A stretch of DNA of 63,273 nt, the filler included, from Reticulomyxa filosa (taxonomy: Eukaryota; Protista; Foraminifera): the NCBI GenBank assembly GCA_000512085.1. It is 16 parts of 16 records of this genome, joined end to end, with 100 filler letters (N's around TTAATTAATTAA, not from the genome) between each part and the next. Parts side by side here need not be neighbours in the genome. Positions count along the whole stretch, not along the records: positions 62,235 to 63,273 come from ASPP01049037.1; 15 more parts are not named here. The stretch is one strand, 5' to 3'. Of this stretch, positions 62,235 through 63,273 are shown piece after piece. Under the pieces are notes generated by a model. The model was not told where the DNA came from, searched no databases, and saw nothing but the letters and a program-made list of their open reading frames with translations. The number at the start of each line of letters is the position of its first letter. Position 1 is the first letter of the stretch. The position numbers were made by a program, and so were the translations under genes.

Positions 62235-62928
62235 ATGAGAGCATCATGTTGTCAAGGAATTTCTTTTACTCCTTTCTCGAATGTTATTACTTTTAATACA
62301 TTTATCAAATTTAAGTCAAAGATATTGACAAAACAAGAAGATGATTTGTTGTTGTCATATTTACCAAAAGGAAAAGAAAGTAAAGTGACATTATTATATC
62401 GTGGAAGTAATGATGGATTTGGAATAGGTACTTTTCATCAGAAATGTAATGGAAAAGGAGCAACAGTTACAATTATATTATCTGATCAACTCAATCATGT
62501 TTTTGGTGGTTTTACCAATGCTCATTGGAGAGGTGGCAATGGTAATTTTGTTCATGATGCAGGAGCATTTGTGTATTTGTTGAGAAGTGGAAAAGGTGAC
62601 AATCCTCAAAAATTCACTATCAAATCTGGACATGAACAACATGCAATCTATAACAGTTCATCATATGGTCTAACATTTGGTAAGAAAGTAAAAAATAAAA
62701 AAATAGGATTGATAACAATATTTATGTTCAAATGTTTTTTTTGTTATTGTTTTCATATCCATTTTTATTATAGGTGGTGGACATGACTTATACATCTGTA
62801 ACAATTGCAATTCAAATACAAATAATTCCTGCAATCCAGGCAGTTACGATGGTCCAATTGACAATACAAGACTGGCAGGTGCAAATACATTCAAAGTGAA
62901 AGAGATAGAAGTGTATTTGGTGGAATGA
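62235..62928 (+). CDS. TLDc domain protein, 2 exons, probably 5'-partial
   Basis: LLYRGSNDGF..TFHQKCNGKGATVTII...VFGGFT..W, GLTFG|GGHDLYI...FKVKEIEVY. Intron ~62680-62773. Confidence 0.92.
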
Positions 62929-63273
62929 AAAAGAAAATTGGAATTTTTGACATTTTGTAAGTTTTGAATTTAAATTTTGAACTCTTTGTTGTCTCAATTT
63001 AAAAAGTTGGCAAATTTGCATCCAATAAAAATGTCCAAAAAGTAAAAAAGTGTTCTAACACTAAAAGTAACACAAAAACAATAAAATTATTTTATATAAA
63101 ATGTGGTCCATTGATTGGCTTGATGAGTCTTCATTTGTTGATCTTGCGCATATTCTTTCTCCGTCATGTTTCTTGGGACACATGGATGCTGTTGAGCAAA
63201 AAACATTCTTTTTATTGTCAAATTCTACTTTTTTTATTTTATTTTTACCTCCCATTGTGTAGTTTTATCATTA

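Noticed and set aside
1-63273. Alternative genetic code, or a prokaryotic/viral origin
   Set aside because: Conserved genes end in TAA, TAG and TGA at the expected positions and contain spliceosomal introns. In-frame stops occur only in genes with other lesions.

Overview
This is AT-rich eukaryotic nuclear DNA. It is not one locus: 16 small contigs are joined by 15 artificial 100-nt spacers (N44-TTAATTAATTAA-N44), so adjacency across a spacer means nothing. Short spliceosomal introns, the standard genetic code and amplified RING/TRAF-zf-WD40, Kelch, caspase-like and RNF213-like families with many pseudogenes point to a foraminiferan such as Reticulomyxa (inference, not database-checked). Recognisable genes: thiolase, transaldolase, PI31, PP2A B56, G-alpha, annexin, CTL/PNS1 transporter, 3-beta-HSD/NSDHL, cyclin L-like, Ubl-RBR ligase, TLDc, TMEM143-like, USP40-like, a Ras-like GTPase and a DDB1/RSE1-like fragment. 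The most unusual region is 39.9-41.7 kb. It holds a 121-nt tRNA-like gene whose anticodon arm is replaced by a long hairpin. Next to it is a ~155-nt segment that is antisense to the 5' end of the neighbouring DDB1/RSE1-like gene and sits behind a copy of the same ~40-bp upstream element. Also notable: an in-frame spliced vWA-caspase fusion, 3' splice sites preceded by poly-A instead of a polypyrimidine tract, ESCRT late-domain motifs on a head-to-head annexin/CTL pair, and a direct-repeat-flanked cassette with a gypsy RNase H relic and a 60-bp hairpin. Exon boundaries and RNA folds were worked out by eye.
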